64,000 nucleotides of DNA from Candidatus Latescibacterota bacterium (GTDB taxonomy: Bacteria; Latescibacterota; UBA2968; UBA8231), in contig OZ244561.1 of the NCBI GenBank assembly GCA_965217585.1, positions 4,480,001-4,544,000 of the forward strand, in the 5' to 3' direction. Both the position numbers and the translations under genes were made by a program. Shown here one piece after another: positions 36,983 through 46,146 of this stretch. The first letter of the stretch is position 1; every line of letters begins with the position of its first letter. The notes beneath the pieces were generated by a model. That model was given only the letters and a program-made list of their open reading frames with translations, was not told the origin of the DNA and did no database searches.

Positions 36983-37780
36983 ATGACCTTGACGCAAGCG
37001 CAAAAAAACCACTTTGAGAAACAGGGCTACCTGCCCTACCACCGGATCCTCTCCGACGGCGAATTACAGGCCCTGCGCCAGCGCAGCGAGCAGATCGCCC
37101 GGGGCCAAGCCGACCACGTGCCGCCGCGCTACATCCAGTTGGAAGCCGCCTTCCGCGAGGGCGACGGTGCCGGGGTCAATCGCCTCGATCAGGTGCGCAA
37201 AATGACCCACCTGTGCTATTTCGATCCTCTCTTTGAGGCCGTGGCCCGCAAGGCGGCCATTGTCGATGTCATCGAGGACTTGCTCGGTCCCAACATCAAA
37301 CTCTACTGCGATCAGTTGATGATGAAGGCGCGCTATCACGGCACGGTCACCGACTGGCACCAGGATTCCGTGGCTTGGCCGCAGTTTGCCCCGCAAGACC
37401 ACGTCTCCTGCTGGGTCGCCCTCGACGACGCCACGGTGGAAAACGGCTGCATGACCGTGCTGCCGGGCAGCCATAAATGGGGGCCTATCAATTCGGCGCA
37501 CAAAGCTCGCTTCCTGGACAATCCCCTGATTCCCGAGCCTGTACCCGTGGAATTGCCAGCCGGCTCCTGCTTGTTCCACCACGGCCTCAACTTCCACCGC
37601 ACGGGTGCCAATTCCACCCCCAACCGGCGGCGCGGCCTAGCCCTGCACTATCTCCGCTCGGAGACCATGTATATCGGTGTTGAAGGCGAGGAACATCGCC
37701 TGATGACTGAGTGCGAAAAGCCGCGCGGCGAATTTCGTTTTATGCTGATCAGGGGACGCGAATTCGACGGGCGGGTGTAG
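36983..37780 (+). CDS. Phytanoyl-CoA dioxygenase (PhyH) family protein
   Basis: WHQD, ENGCMTVLPGSH, HRTGANSTPNRRR. Confidence 0.9.
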   Translation: MTLTQAQKNHFEKQGYLPYHRILSDGELQALRQRSEQIARGQADHVPPRYIQLEAAFREGDGAGVNRLDQVRKMTHLCYFDPLFEAVARKAAIVDVIEDLLGPNIKLYCDQLMMKARYHGTVTDWHQDSVAWPQFAPQDHVSCWVALDDATVENGCMTVLPGSHKWGPINSAHKARFLDNPLIPEPVPVELPAGSCLFHHGLNFHRTGANSTPNRRRGLALHYLRSETMYIGVEGEEHRLMTECEKPRGEFRFMLIRGREFDGRV

Positions 37781-37812
37781 AAGATGGCTCTGTTTCTGCC
37801 TAGGCGGTTGGT

Positions 37813-39171
37813 GTGACCAATGACCAAAGCTGGACGTGTGGGCTGGAGTTTGACTACGCCAACGACGAGTCCTTCTACTGCCGGCCGCTTCGCCGGTCCG
37901 ATGGCAAGAGCCCCGACCGCATGCCGGTGCCCGCAGAAGCAGAAAGCGTCCAGATCGTCTTCCTGCCGCCAATGTCCGGGCTTGCGGCTACGGAAACACG
38001 CCTTGATGACGGTGCCATCAATGTTCGGATAGGAGAAGGACGTACCGCCGAAGTGTTGCGCAACCTCTGCTTTCGGATTTGCGAAGAAGACAAAACGAAG
38101 TGGAACGAACTCGTCGAGCAGATTGAGAGCCTGTTCGGATCGAGACTCCGTCCGCCACGCTACATTGCCGAACGCGGCGAGATCGCAATGACCTATCTCG
38201 AGCAGGGTGCTGAACTCGACTTGTCGTCCGCCGGGATGTACGCGAATCCCGGCTCAGTCTTGCTCCTAGACGAACCTGACGCCCACCTAGAGATACTTCG
38301 CCAGCGCCAGATCTACCGTCTGCTTACCGATGTGGCGCGCGCCAGCGCCAGCCAGATCATCGCCGCCAGTCACTCTGAAGTGCTGCTCAACGAAGCCGCG
38401 GACCGGGACTTGGTTGTTGCATTCGTGGGCCCGCCGCACCGCATCGACGACCGCGGCAGTCAGGTTTTGAAGGTGCTCAGGGAGATCGGATTCGAGCAAT
38501 ACTATCAGGCGGAACAGACTGGATGGGTGCTCTATCTAGAGGGCTCAACGGATTTAGCGATAATGCAAGCTTTTGCTAGACGGCTGGGACACGAACATGC
38601 GATCCAAGTGCTTGAGCGGCCATTCGTGAAATACGTAGGGAACCAGCCCCCGGCAGTTCAGACCCACTACCACGGCTTGCGGGAGGCTCTCCCCAGGCTT
38701 AGTGGAGTCGCCCTTTTTGATCGCCTTGAATCGGAGCCACTCGACATTTTCCCGGTCGAATGCCTAATCTGGGAGCGTCGAGAGATCGAGAACTACGTTT
38801 GCTCGCGGACCACGCTTGAAGCATACGCGACGGCGACGGCGACGGATGCTGCACCGGGATCGCTGTTCGCAACGGCCGAAGTAGAGAAGCGTCAGAACGC
38901 GATGGGCCAAGCCATTGAGGAAGTAGAGGCGGCCCTAAAGACGCTTGGCAAGGGATCTCCTTGGAGTGCCGACATCAAAGCCAGCGATGATTTCTTGGTC
39001 CCGCTCTTCAAGTCCTACTTCGAGACGCTCGGCCTACCCAACCTGGTGGCCAAGAAAAATTTCTACGAGTTGGCTGAGCACGTCCCCGACAGCGAGATTG
39101 ATCCCGAGATTAGCGAGAAACTAGACGCGATCGTGCGGGTCGCGGAGAGCGCGACGCCTGCAGAAGAATAG
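37813..39171 (+). pseudogene. Truncated ABC/AAA_21-type ATPase with TOPRIM-like C-terminus
   Basis: Walker B LLLDEPDAHL, SHS and YLEGSTD present; no Walker A; signature segment between LSSAG and MYANPG looks deleted. Confidence 0.6.
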
Positions 39172-39400
39172 GATTGATCCTCGACGGTCTCCGTCTCGCC
39201 AACTTCAAGGCCTACCAATTACATGGACGGTTTAGCATCCCGAGAGAATTTCGTCGTTTTATTTTGTCAGAAATCGGCGATATTCAAGCCTTGCTGCTTG
39301 GTGGGTCGGGAAGCGGCGTGTGATTGCGAGAGGATTGGCTATTGTATAGTATAAAACTGAATAAAGGTAGTATATGATCGATCAAAAGAGGGAGATCGAC

Positions 39401-40786
39401 ATGATTAGGAAATCGAGGGGCGACGCATTGCGAGTGGGTGGATTTATCGCGGCCTGTGGCCTCCTAATGGGGGCGACCGGGGCCTATGCCGCGAGCGGCG
39501 AAGAACTGCAATTCATCCTCAACACCTTCTCGTTTCTCATCTGGGGCGCGCTCGTAATGTGGATGTGCGCGGGCTTTACCATGCTCGAAGCCGGGTCCGT
39601 GCGCACCAAGAACGCCTCCATGATCTGCCTCAAGAACGTTGGGCTTTATTCGATTGCCGGGATCACTTATTACTTGGTCGGCTACAACCTCATGTACGTC
39701 GATGTGCAGGAAGGTTGGATCGGCACTCTCAAGTTTTTATACGGGCCTTCGGGCGATGAACTCAAGCTGTTGTCTGGTCAGACCGCGGCCGTGACAGAAG
39801 TGACAAAGGCCGGCCATGCCACCATGTCGGATTGGTTTTTTCAGATGGTCTTTGTGGCGACAACCGCTTCTATTGTATCGGGTACGCTGGCCGAGCGGGT
39901 GAATCTGTGGGCGTTTTTTGCTTTTACGGCCGTGTTGACGATAATCATCTATCCCATCGTCGGGGCTTGGACTTGGGGTGAAGGCTGGCTCTATGCAATG
40001 GGGTTTAAGGATTTCGCGGGCTCTACTATCGTGCATTCGACCGGGGGTTGGGCCGCGCTCGCCGGCGCGCTCGTCGTCGGGGCGCGGTTCGGAAAATTTC
40101 GCGCCGACGGCAGCGTCAAGCTCACGCCGCCTTCCAACGTCCCAGCCGTTACTTTGGGCGTCTTCATTTTGTGGCTTGGATGGTTCGGCTTCAACGGCGG
40201 CTCGCAGCTCGCGCTGTCGGGCGCAGCCGATGCAGTCGCCATGAGTCATGTGCTGGTGAATACCAACCTTGCGGCGGCGGCCGGCGTCATGGCTGCGCTC
40301 TTCTTATCGCGGCCCCTCCTCGGGCGCATTGATTTGCTCGCCGTCCTCAACGGCGCGCTCGCCGGCCTCGTCTCCATTACAGCCGGGCCAGATATCGTCG
40401 ATCACTACTGGGCGCTCGTAATTGGTGCCGTGGGCAGCGTGTTGTGCGTCGGCGGGATGAAATTGTTGGAGATTCTTAAGATAGACGACATCGTAGGCGC
40501 GATCCCGGTCCACTTGTTCGCCGGCATCTGGGGCACCCTTGCGGTCTGCATTGCAGCCGGTGGCAACTTCGGCGTCCAGCTCATCGGGGTGCTGGCGGTG
40601 GGCGCATTCGCGTTTGCGGCTTCGTGGCTCTCGTGGTTCGTTCTGGGTAAGATAATGGAGGTGCGGGTGTCGCAGACCGTTGAAGAGCTCGGCCAGGATA
40701 CCGCAGAACTCGGCATCGAAGCGTACCCTGAGTTTGTGCTCATGCCCGATCAGGATGACGTTGACCAGGTTCGGGGCAATTCTTAG
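39401..40786 (+). CDS. amtB: Ammonium transporter (Amt family)
   Basis: FQMVF, DFAGSTIVH, WFGFNGGS, DDIVGAIPVH; twin His and Phe gate present; alternative start 39374. Confidence 0.93.
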   Translation: MIRKSRGDALRVGGFIAACGLLMGATGAYAASGEELQFILNTFSFLIWGALVMWMCAGFTMLEAGSVRTKNASMICLKNVGLYSIAGITYYLVGYNLMYVDVQEGWIGTLKFLYGPSGDELKLLSGQTAAVTEVTKAGHATMSDWFFQMVFVATTASIVSGTLAERVNLWAFFAFTAVLTIIIYPIVGAWTWGEGWLYAMGFKDFAGSTIVHSTGGWAALAGALVVGARFGKFRADGSVKLTPPSNVPAVTLGVFILWLGWFGFNGGSQLALSGAADAVAMSHVLVNTNLAAAAGVMAALFLSRPLLGRIDLLAVLNGALAGLVSITAGPDIVDHYWALVIGAVGSVLCVGGMKLLEILKIDDIVGAIPVHLFAGIWGTLAVCIAAGGNFGVQLIGVLAVGAFAFAASWLSWFVLGKIMEVRVSQTVEELGQDTAELGIEAYPEFVLMPDQDDVDQVRGNS

Positions 40787-40831
40787 ATCAAATAAAAACG
40801 GTGCATACCATTTAGAAAGGTAGGAGATCAA

Positions 40832-41161
40832 GTGAACACCGAACGGAAGGACGGCGTATTAATCGCCAAGCCCGAAGGCCGCATCGATGGAGTCAATGCC
40901 CGCGACTTCCACGAGGCCTTAAGCGAAGCGATCGGCACGGACAGCAACCCGGTGCTCGTCGATTTGGCGGCCATCAACTACATCAGCAGTGCGGGCCTGC
41001 GGACGTTCCTGCTGATTGCCAAAACGCTTCAGCAGCGCAGTGCTCAGTTCGCGCTATGCTCGCTTTCGGAGCCGATACGGGAAATTTTCGAAATCAGCGG
41101 TTTTGACAAGATCATTGCGATCCACGCCTCCGAAGAAGAGGCACTCGCCGCACTGTCGTAA
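40832..41161 (+). CDS. STAS anti-sigma-factor antagonist (RsbV/SpoIIAA-like)
   Basis: VDLAAINYISSAGLR phospho-Ser motif, IFEISGF. Confidence 0.92.
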   Translation: MNTERKDGVLIAKPEGRIDGVNARDFHEALSEAIGTDSNPVLVDLAAINYISSAGLRTFLLIAKTLQQRSAQFALCSLSEPIREIFEISGFDKIIAIHASEEEALAALS

Positions 41162-43351
41162 TTAAACTGAAGAGGGGGAGGGCGTCGTCGCGTCTGGGTC
41201 GGCTGCGGCCGATTGCAAGGCCGACGGTCGTACGGTGGGCAGCTCGATGGTCATCTCGGTAAATTCTCCAGGCTCGGAGTGGACCTTTATGGTGCCCCCG
41301 TGTTCGCGCACGATGTCGTTAGACAGCGCGAGCCCAAGCCCGGTCCCCTGATCGGTCGGCTTAGTCGTAAAGAACGGGTTGAATATCTTGTCGATGACAT
41401 CCTGAGGGATCCCGTTCCCATTGTCGCGGACGCGGATTTCGGCTTGGTCGGGCATTCGCCGGGTGCTGATCCAGAGCGTGGGTTCGTAGTCGGATGCCGT
41501 CTCTGAGGAGTTCCGCTTCTCGTTGGTGGCGTAGCAGGCATTGCTCACCATATTCAGAAAGACGCGAGCCAAGTCTTGGGGGACCACTTCTAACTCCCCC
41601 ATCTCCTCATCTAAATCTTCCTTGATATCGAGCTGAAAATCTGCACTGGTGGCTCGTGCGCTGTGGAAAGCGAGGCGGGCGTGTTCTTCGAGCAGGGCGT
41701 TGATATCCGCGAGTTGTGCCTCGCCCGACCCCCGACCCATCTGCAGCATGTCGCGGACGATGCGGTTGGCGCGCTCGCCGTGTTGGCGGATGCGCCCGAG
41801 ATTGTCGGTCAAGTCGCCGTTGATCTCGTTGATTAACTCGCGCTGCTCTTCGTCTAATTGCTTGCCGTCTTGCGCTAGGACCTCTTGCAATTCCTCTAAC
41901 AGTTCCTCCGAGACTTCCGCGAAGTTCTTGACGAAGTTCAAGGGATTCTGGATTTCGTGCGCCACGCCCGCAGTGAGTTCCCCCAGGGCGGCTAGCTTTT
42001 CGCGCATGACGATCTGATCCTGCGCCTGCCGCAGGTCGTCGAGCACCTTTTCGAGCGTGGCATTTTTCTCTTCCAAATCGGCGGCCAGCTTTTCCACCAA
42101 GTTGAGCCGCTGGGCCTCCAAAGAGTGGCGGCGAAAGACTTCGAGGGCTGCGGCCATGTCTGCAACCTCGTCGCGCCCGGGCATCTCGATTTTCGCCTTT
42201 AGGTCGCCTTCCGCCATGCGCCGCATTCGGTTCGACAGAAATTCGAGACGGCGCAGTAGCATCCGGCCGACGAACAGCCAAGCAATTAGGATTGCTCCGA
42301 CGATGTTGAACGCGTTGAGGGCGAGCAGGAGCTTGCTGCCGGTGAGGATGGCTTGGGTGGAGGTTTGCGTGGCCGTCTGGGCGCTCGCGCGGGCCGTACT
42401 CACTAGGCCTTCGACCTCGGCGACTAGTTCAATAGCCAAGTCGCGGTTGCGGTCGAGCAGCGCCCGTTGCTGTTCGACGATTTGGAGTTCCGAGGCGCGC
42501 AGTGCGAAGACCTGCTGGTCCCCGCGGCCCAAGTCGAACAGGCGGTCAAAGGTCTGTTCAAGTGCGCTGCGCAAGGGGCCTTTGCCGAGTGCCGCTAGGT
42601 TCCGCTCGATGCCGCCGACCGTGGAATCGAAGCGCTCTTGTAAAGGCTCTAGCAGACGTGCGTCCGACAGGGTGAAGGCACTGGCCAGCAGGCGCGTGGC
42701 CGTAGTGGCCCCTTTCTGCAACTCGGCCAGATCGCGGTAGCGAGAAAACTCAGACTCTGAAAAGTGCTGGGCGCGGGGCGCGGGCGGTTCGTCGAGGGTG
42801 CGGTAGCCGGTCATGGCGTAGAATAGCTGATCGTCGATGGCCGGAATTAAGATACCGGTCAGCTCGTTTTGCAGGGACTCTAGGTTTTTGTGCAACGCAC
42901 GGCTGCGCGCGTTGAGGTCAAAGCGCTTGGCCACCGAAGCCTCAATGGTGTCCGTTTTGGCGATGAGCGTGGTGCCTCGGGCGCGAATCCGCGCGAGGCT
43001 TTCCTCGGCTCCGTCCTGGTGGGTTAGGGCCGCCAATTGCTTTTCAAAGTTGTCCCGCTCGGAGGCGATTTTGGCGGCGACCTCGGCAAATGCCTCTGGC
43101 GTCTCGGCTGCTACCAAGCGCGGAGCCGCGGCGGCGAGGGTGCCGCTTTGCTGGGCGACCGCAAAAGCGGTGGCTATCTCCGGGACGGCCCGCTCGTTTA
43201 CCTGTCTTTGGGCATTGCCGACTTGGTTGAAGGAGAACCAGCCCACCAAGCTCGCGACCATGGTGAGGGCCACGGCCGCGCCGATGCCCATGTAGAGCTG
43301 CACGGCAAGGCGGTGACGGGCTGCGAGCAGGCGTTTCAATAGGGAGATCAT
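41162..43351 (-). CDS. Sensor histidine kinase with large helical periplasmic domain (TorS-like), HAMP, HisKA and HATPase
   Basis: Two TMs, GRDEVADMA HAMP, AGVAHEIQNPL, DNGNGI, FFTTKP, GTGLGL. Confidence 0.92.
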   Translation of the reverse strand: MISLLKRLLAARHRLAVQLYMGIGAAVALTMVASLVGWFSFNQVGNAQRQVNERAVPEIATAFAVAQQSGTLAAAAPRLVAAETPEAFAEVAAKIASERDNFEKQLAALTHQDGAEESLARIRARGTTLIAKTDTIEASVAKRFDLNARSRALHKNLESLQNELTGILIPAIDDQLFYAMTGYRTLDEPPAPRAQHFSESEFSRYRDLAELQKGATTATRLLASAFTLSDARLLEPLQERFDSTVGGIERNLAALGKGPLRSALEQTFDRLFDLGRGDQQVFALRASELQIVEQQRALLDRNRDLAIELVAEVEGLVSTARASAQTATQTSTQAILTGSKLLLALNAFNIVGAILIAWLFVGRMLLRRLEFLSNRMRRMAEGDLKAKIEMPGRDEVADMAAALEVFRRHSLEAQRLNLVEKLAADLEEKNATLEKVLDDLRQAQDQIVMREKLAALGELTAGVAHEIQNPLNFVKNFAEVSEELLEELQEVLAQDGKQLDEEQRELINEINGDLTDNLGRIRQHGERANRIVRDMLQMGRGSGEAQLADINALLEEHARLAFHSARATSADFQLDIKEDLDEEMGELEVVPQDLARVFLNMVSNACYATNEKRNSSETASDYEPTLWISTRRMPDQAEIRVRDNGNGIPQDVIDKIFNPFFTTKPTDQGTGLGLALSNDIVREHGGTIKVHSEPGEFTEMTIELPTVRPSALQSAAADPDATTPSPSSV

Positions 43352-44517
43352 GGCTTCGTCATGCTCTTCAAGGAGCGGATGGAGCGGTATTGGCCGTCGC
43401 TGTCGATCACGGTGAGGAAGACCGCATCCGAACCCTGATTGTCGCTATCCCCGTAGCGAAGTTGGAACCCATCTAGGTCAATGATATTAGCGCGGTGCAA
43501 GTTGTCTAATAGGCAGGCGCGGCTGACCTCCCGGCCGCAGTCGGTGAGGGCGGCGATGGCCAAGCGACCGGCTAGATAACCTTCGAACGAGACAAAACTA
43601 GGCTCTACCTCCGGGGCGTAGGCTGCGAGGGCGCGGCGGTACGAGCCGGCGACGGCCGGCTTGGTGGCCGTTGGGAAGGGCACGACCTGCGAGACTATAA
43701 CCCCAGTGCCGGCGGAGCCGAGTTCCCGCGCCAATGCTTTACTGCCCACGAATGAGATAGTCGCAAAGATAGGAGTGAAATTCGTCGTTTGCGCCCAGGC
43801 GATCAGGGTTGCGACCGGCTGGTAGGTCCCGACCAAAATAACGGCCTGGGGATGGCCGCTGCGCAGGTCGAGCAGGGCCGTCTTCACCGCCTTGGTGTTG
43901 CGCGGATACACGCCGACTGACACGAGGGATAGCGCGCGACGCTCTAGCGCGCGGCGCACACCGCGAAACCCCTCCCGGCCGAAGGAGTCGTCTTGGTACA
44001 TTATGGCAATGCGCTCGATGCCCAAGTCGTCGGTCAGGCGAGCGACGATTTCTTCGGTTTCCTGATAGTAGGAGGCGCGCAGGTTGACCACGCCGCGCCA
44101 CTTGGGGTCGCGGAGAAAACTACTGCCCGTGAAGGGAGCGATGTAGGGGACGCCAGCGTCCTCGGCAATGGGAACGGCTGCGCGCGAGGTTGGGGTGCCA
44201 ACGGCACCAATCAGCGCGAAAACCCGCTCGCCCTCGATCAACTGGCGGGTGTTGTCGATGGCGGCTTCCGGCTCGTACCCGTCGTCGAGCGACACCAATT
44301 CGAGCCGACGCCCGTGGATCCCGCCCTGCTCATTCACTTCCCGGAAGGCCGCCTGCATCCCGAGCCGCATGTTCCGGCCCAGCTCCTGGGCTGGCCCGCT
44401 AAAAGCGGCGGATTGGCCAAAGAGGATACTCCGGTCGGAGACACCGGGTTGTTCCTCGCCAAGCGCAGCACCCGCAACCAGCAGCGCGGCTGCGCACCGA
44501 GCAAGCGCGTTACTCAA
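43348..44517 (-). CDS. Type I periplasmic ligand-binding protein (LivJ-like)
   Basis: Signal peptide; GQSAAFSGPA, GGIHGRRLELVSLDDGYEP, VGTPTS, NLRASY. Confidence 0.88.
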   Translation of the reverse strand: MSNALARCAAALLVAGAALGEEQPGVSDRSILFGQSAAFSGPAQELGRNMRLGMQAAFREVNEQGGIHGRRLELVSLDDGYEPEAAIDNTRQLIEGERVFALIGAVGTPTSRAAVPIAEDAGVPYIAPFTGSSFLRDPKWRGVVNLRASYYQETEEIVARLTDDLGIERIAIMYQDDSFGREGFRGVRRALERRALSLVSVGVYPRNTKAVKTALLDLRSGHPQAVILVGTYQPVATLIAWAQTTNFTPIFATISFVGSKALARELGSAGTGVIVSQVVPFPTATKPAVAGSYRRALAAYAPEVEPSFVSFEGYLAGRLAIAALTDCGREVSRACLLDNLHRANIIDLDGFQLRYGDSDNQGSDAVFLTVIDSDGQYRSIRSLKSMTKP

Positions 44518-44936
44518 CTAGTCCTCCGCTTGACCAAGGTCAGGCAGTTCTTGTTTTGCTGTCGCTGGTAGTGGACCTCGTCCATCATGGTGCACACGAG
44601 GTGGATGCCGAGGCCGCCCACGGTGCGGTCCTCAACCGCGGCGTCCAAGTCCGGCTCTGGTGCGTCGCTGAGCGGATTGAAGGCGTGGCCGTCGTCCTCG
44701 ATCTCGATTGTGATCGCCTCGTCCTCCGAGGAGATCACGATCGAGATTTCGTGGGCTTTGTCGTCGTCGTGCCCGTAATTGACGATGTTGACTCCCAATT
44801 CTTCGATGGCCAGCCCGATCTGAAAGGTGACGTCTGGAGACCAGTTTTCTTCCGCTGCGATCTCCTCAATGGCGGCATTGACCTTCTGCAGCTCGTCTAG
44901 GTCGGTCGCTATGAGCAGCGATCTCTGAGCGCTCAT
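44514..44936 (-). CDS. RsbW/SpoIIAB-like anti-sigma-factor serine kinase
   Basis: EELGVNIVNYG, DDGHAFNP, GGLGIHLV. Confidence 0.92.
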   Translation of the reverse strand: MSAQRSLLIATDLDELQKVNAAIEEIAAEENWSPDVTFQIGLAIEELGVNIVNYGHDDDKAHEISIVISSEDEAITIEIEDDGHAFNPLSDAPEPDLDAAVEDRTVGGLGIHLVCTMMDEVHYQRQQNKNCLTLVKRRTS

Positions 44937-46102
44937 TGGTCTGTCTCGCTGCGGCGAAGCGTCAGGCAGGTGACGTCATCAAATTGAGGGGCCTCGCCGG
45001 CAAAGGCATTGACCGCGTCAAAAACCGCCGCGTTGGTGGCGCGGACATCCGTGGGTGCCCCGTTGATGAAAACCTCACACAGGCGCTGTAGCCCGAACTG
45101 GTCTCCGTGGTCGTTTTCGGCCTCGGTGACGCCATCGGTGTACAAGACAACGCGGTCGCCGGGCCGGAGGGTCACCGCGCTTTCTTCGTAGGTGAGATCT
45201 GGCACCACTCCGAGCGCCACCCCGCCGGTCGGCGGAAGTACGGTCGAGCTGCCGTCGGCGTGGACCACGAGCGGGGTATTGTGCCCGCCGTTGGCATAGG
45301 CCAACTCGCCGCTTGCTGGGTCGAAAGTCGCGTAAAAGACGGTTACGAACATGGCGTCGTCGTTTTCTTCTTGCAGCAGTTGGTTTACTTCGCCCAACAC
45401 TTTGCCCGGCGCGTCGTGACCGATGGCCGCGCCCTTCAGCAGGGTGCGGCTCGACATCATAAACAGGGCCGCAGGCACGCCTTTGTCCGAGACATCGGCG
45501 ACGACGAGGCCGATGCGGCCGTTGTCGAGGGACAAGACGTCGAAGAAGTCGCCGCCGACGTCGCGCGCGGGCTTCATGCTGCCGAAGATCTCAAAGCCCG
45601 AACCCTTGGGGAAACTGGTGGGCAAGACGGACTGCTGCATCTTGTTGGCCACGCTGAGCTCGTTTTGCAGGGCTACCAGTTTGTCGCGCGACTCCAGCGC
45701 CTCGCGCCACAATTCCAGATGGTGCAAGGTCCGCTGGATGGTCACCCGCATGTCCTCGAAATCGATGGGCTTGGTGATGAAGTCAAACGCGCCCCGATTC
45801 ATGGCCGTGCGGATGTTCTTCATATCGCCATATGCCGAGACGATGACCGAGCGGATGTTGGGGTCCACCTTGGGGATCTGATCAAGCAAGGTGAGCCCGT
45901 CCATCCGGGGCATGTTGATGTCCGTGAGCACCATGTCGATGTCTTGCTCTTCGCTTAGCACCTCTAGGGCTTCAACACCGTTTTGGGCGAACATAAAGCT
46001 GTACTGACCTGAGCGAATCTCGCGGCGCATGCGCTGCCGCACTAGGTGCTCAAGGTCTGGCTCGTCGTCGACGACGAGGATCTTGGGTCGTAGTATTTGC
46101 AT
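44933..46102 (-). CDS. Response regulator-PP2C/SpoIIE phosphatase (RsbU-like)
   Basis: REC (VVDDE, TDINMP, TKP) plus VGGDFFD, ADVSDKG, YTDGVTE, DDVT. Confidence 0.93.
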   Translation of the reverse strand: MQILRPKILVVDDEPDLEHLVRQRMRREIRSGQYSFMFAQNGVEALEVLSEEQDIDMVLTDINMPRMDGLTLLDQIPKVDPNIRSVIVSAYGDMKNIRTAMNRGAFDFITKPIDFEDMRVTIQRTLHHLELWREALESRDKLVALQNELSVANKMQQSVLPTSFPKGSGFEIFGSMKPARDVGGDFFDVLSLDNGRIGLVVADVSDKGVPAALFMMSSRTLLKGAAIGHDAPGKVLGEVNQLLQEENDDAMFVTVFYATFDPASGELAYANGGHNTPLVVHADGSSTVLPPTGGVALGVVPDLTYEESAVTLRPGDRVVLYTDGVTEAENDHGDQFGLQRLCEVFINGAPTDVRATNAAVFDAVNAFAGEAPQFDDVTCLTLRRSETDQ

Positions 46103-46146
46103 CTCTTTCCACCAAGCTGGCTTAGCCTAAAGCGGCTGTTAAACGG

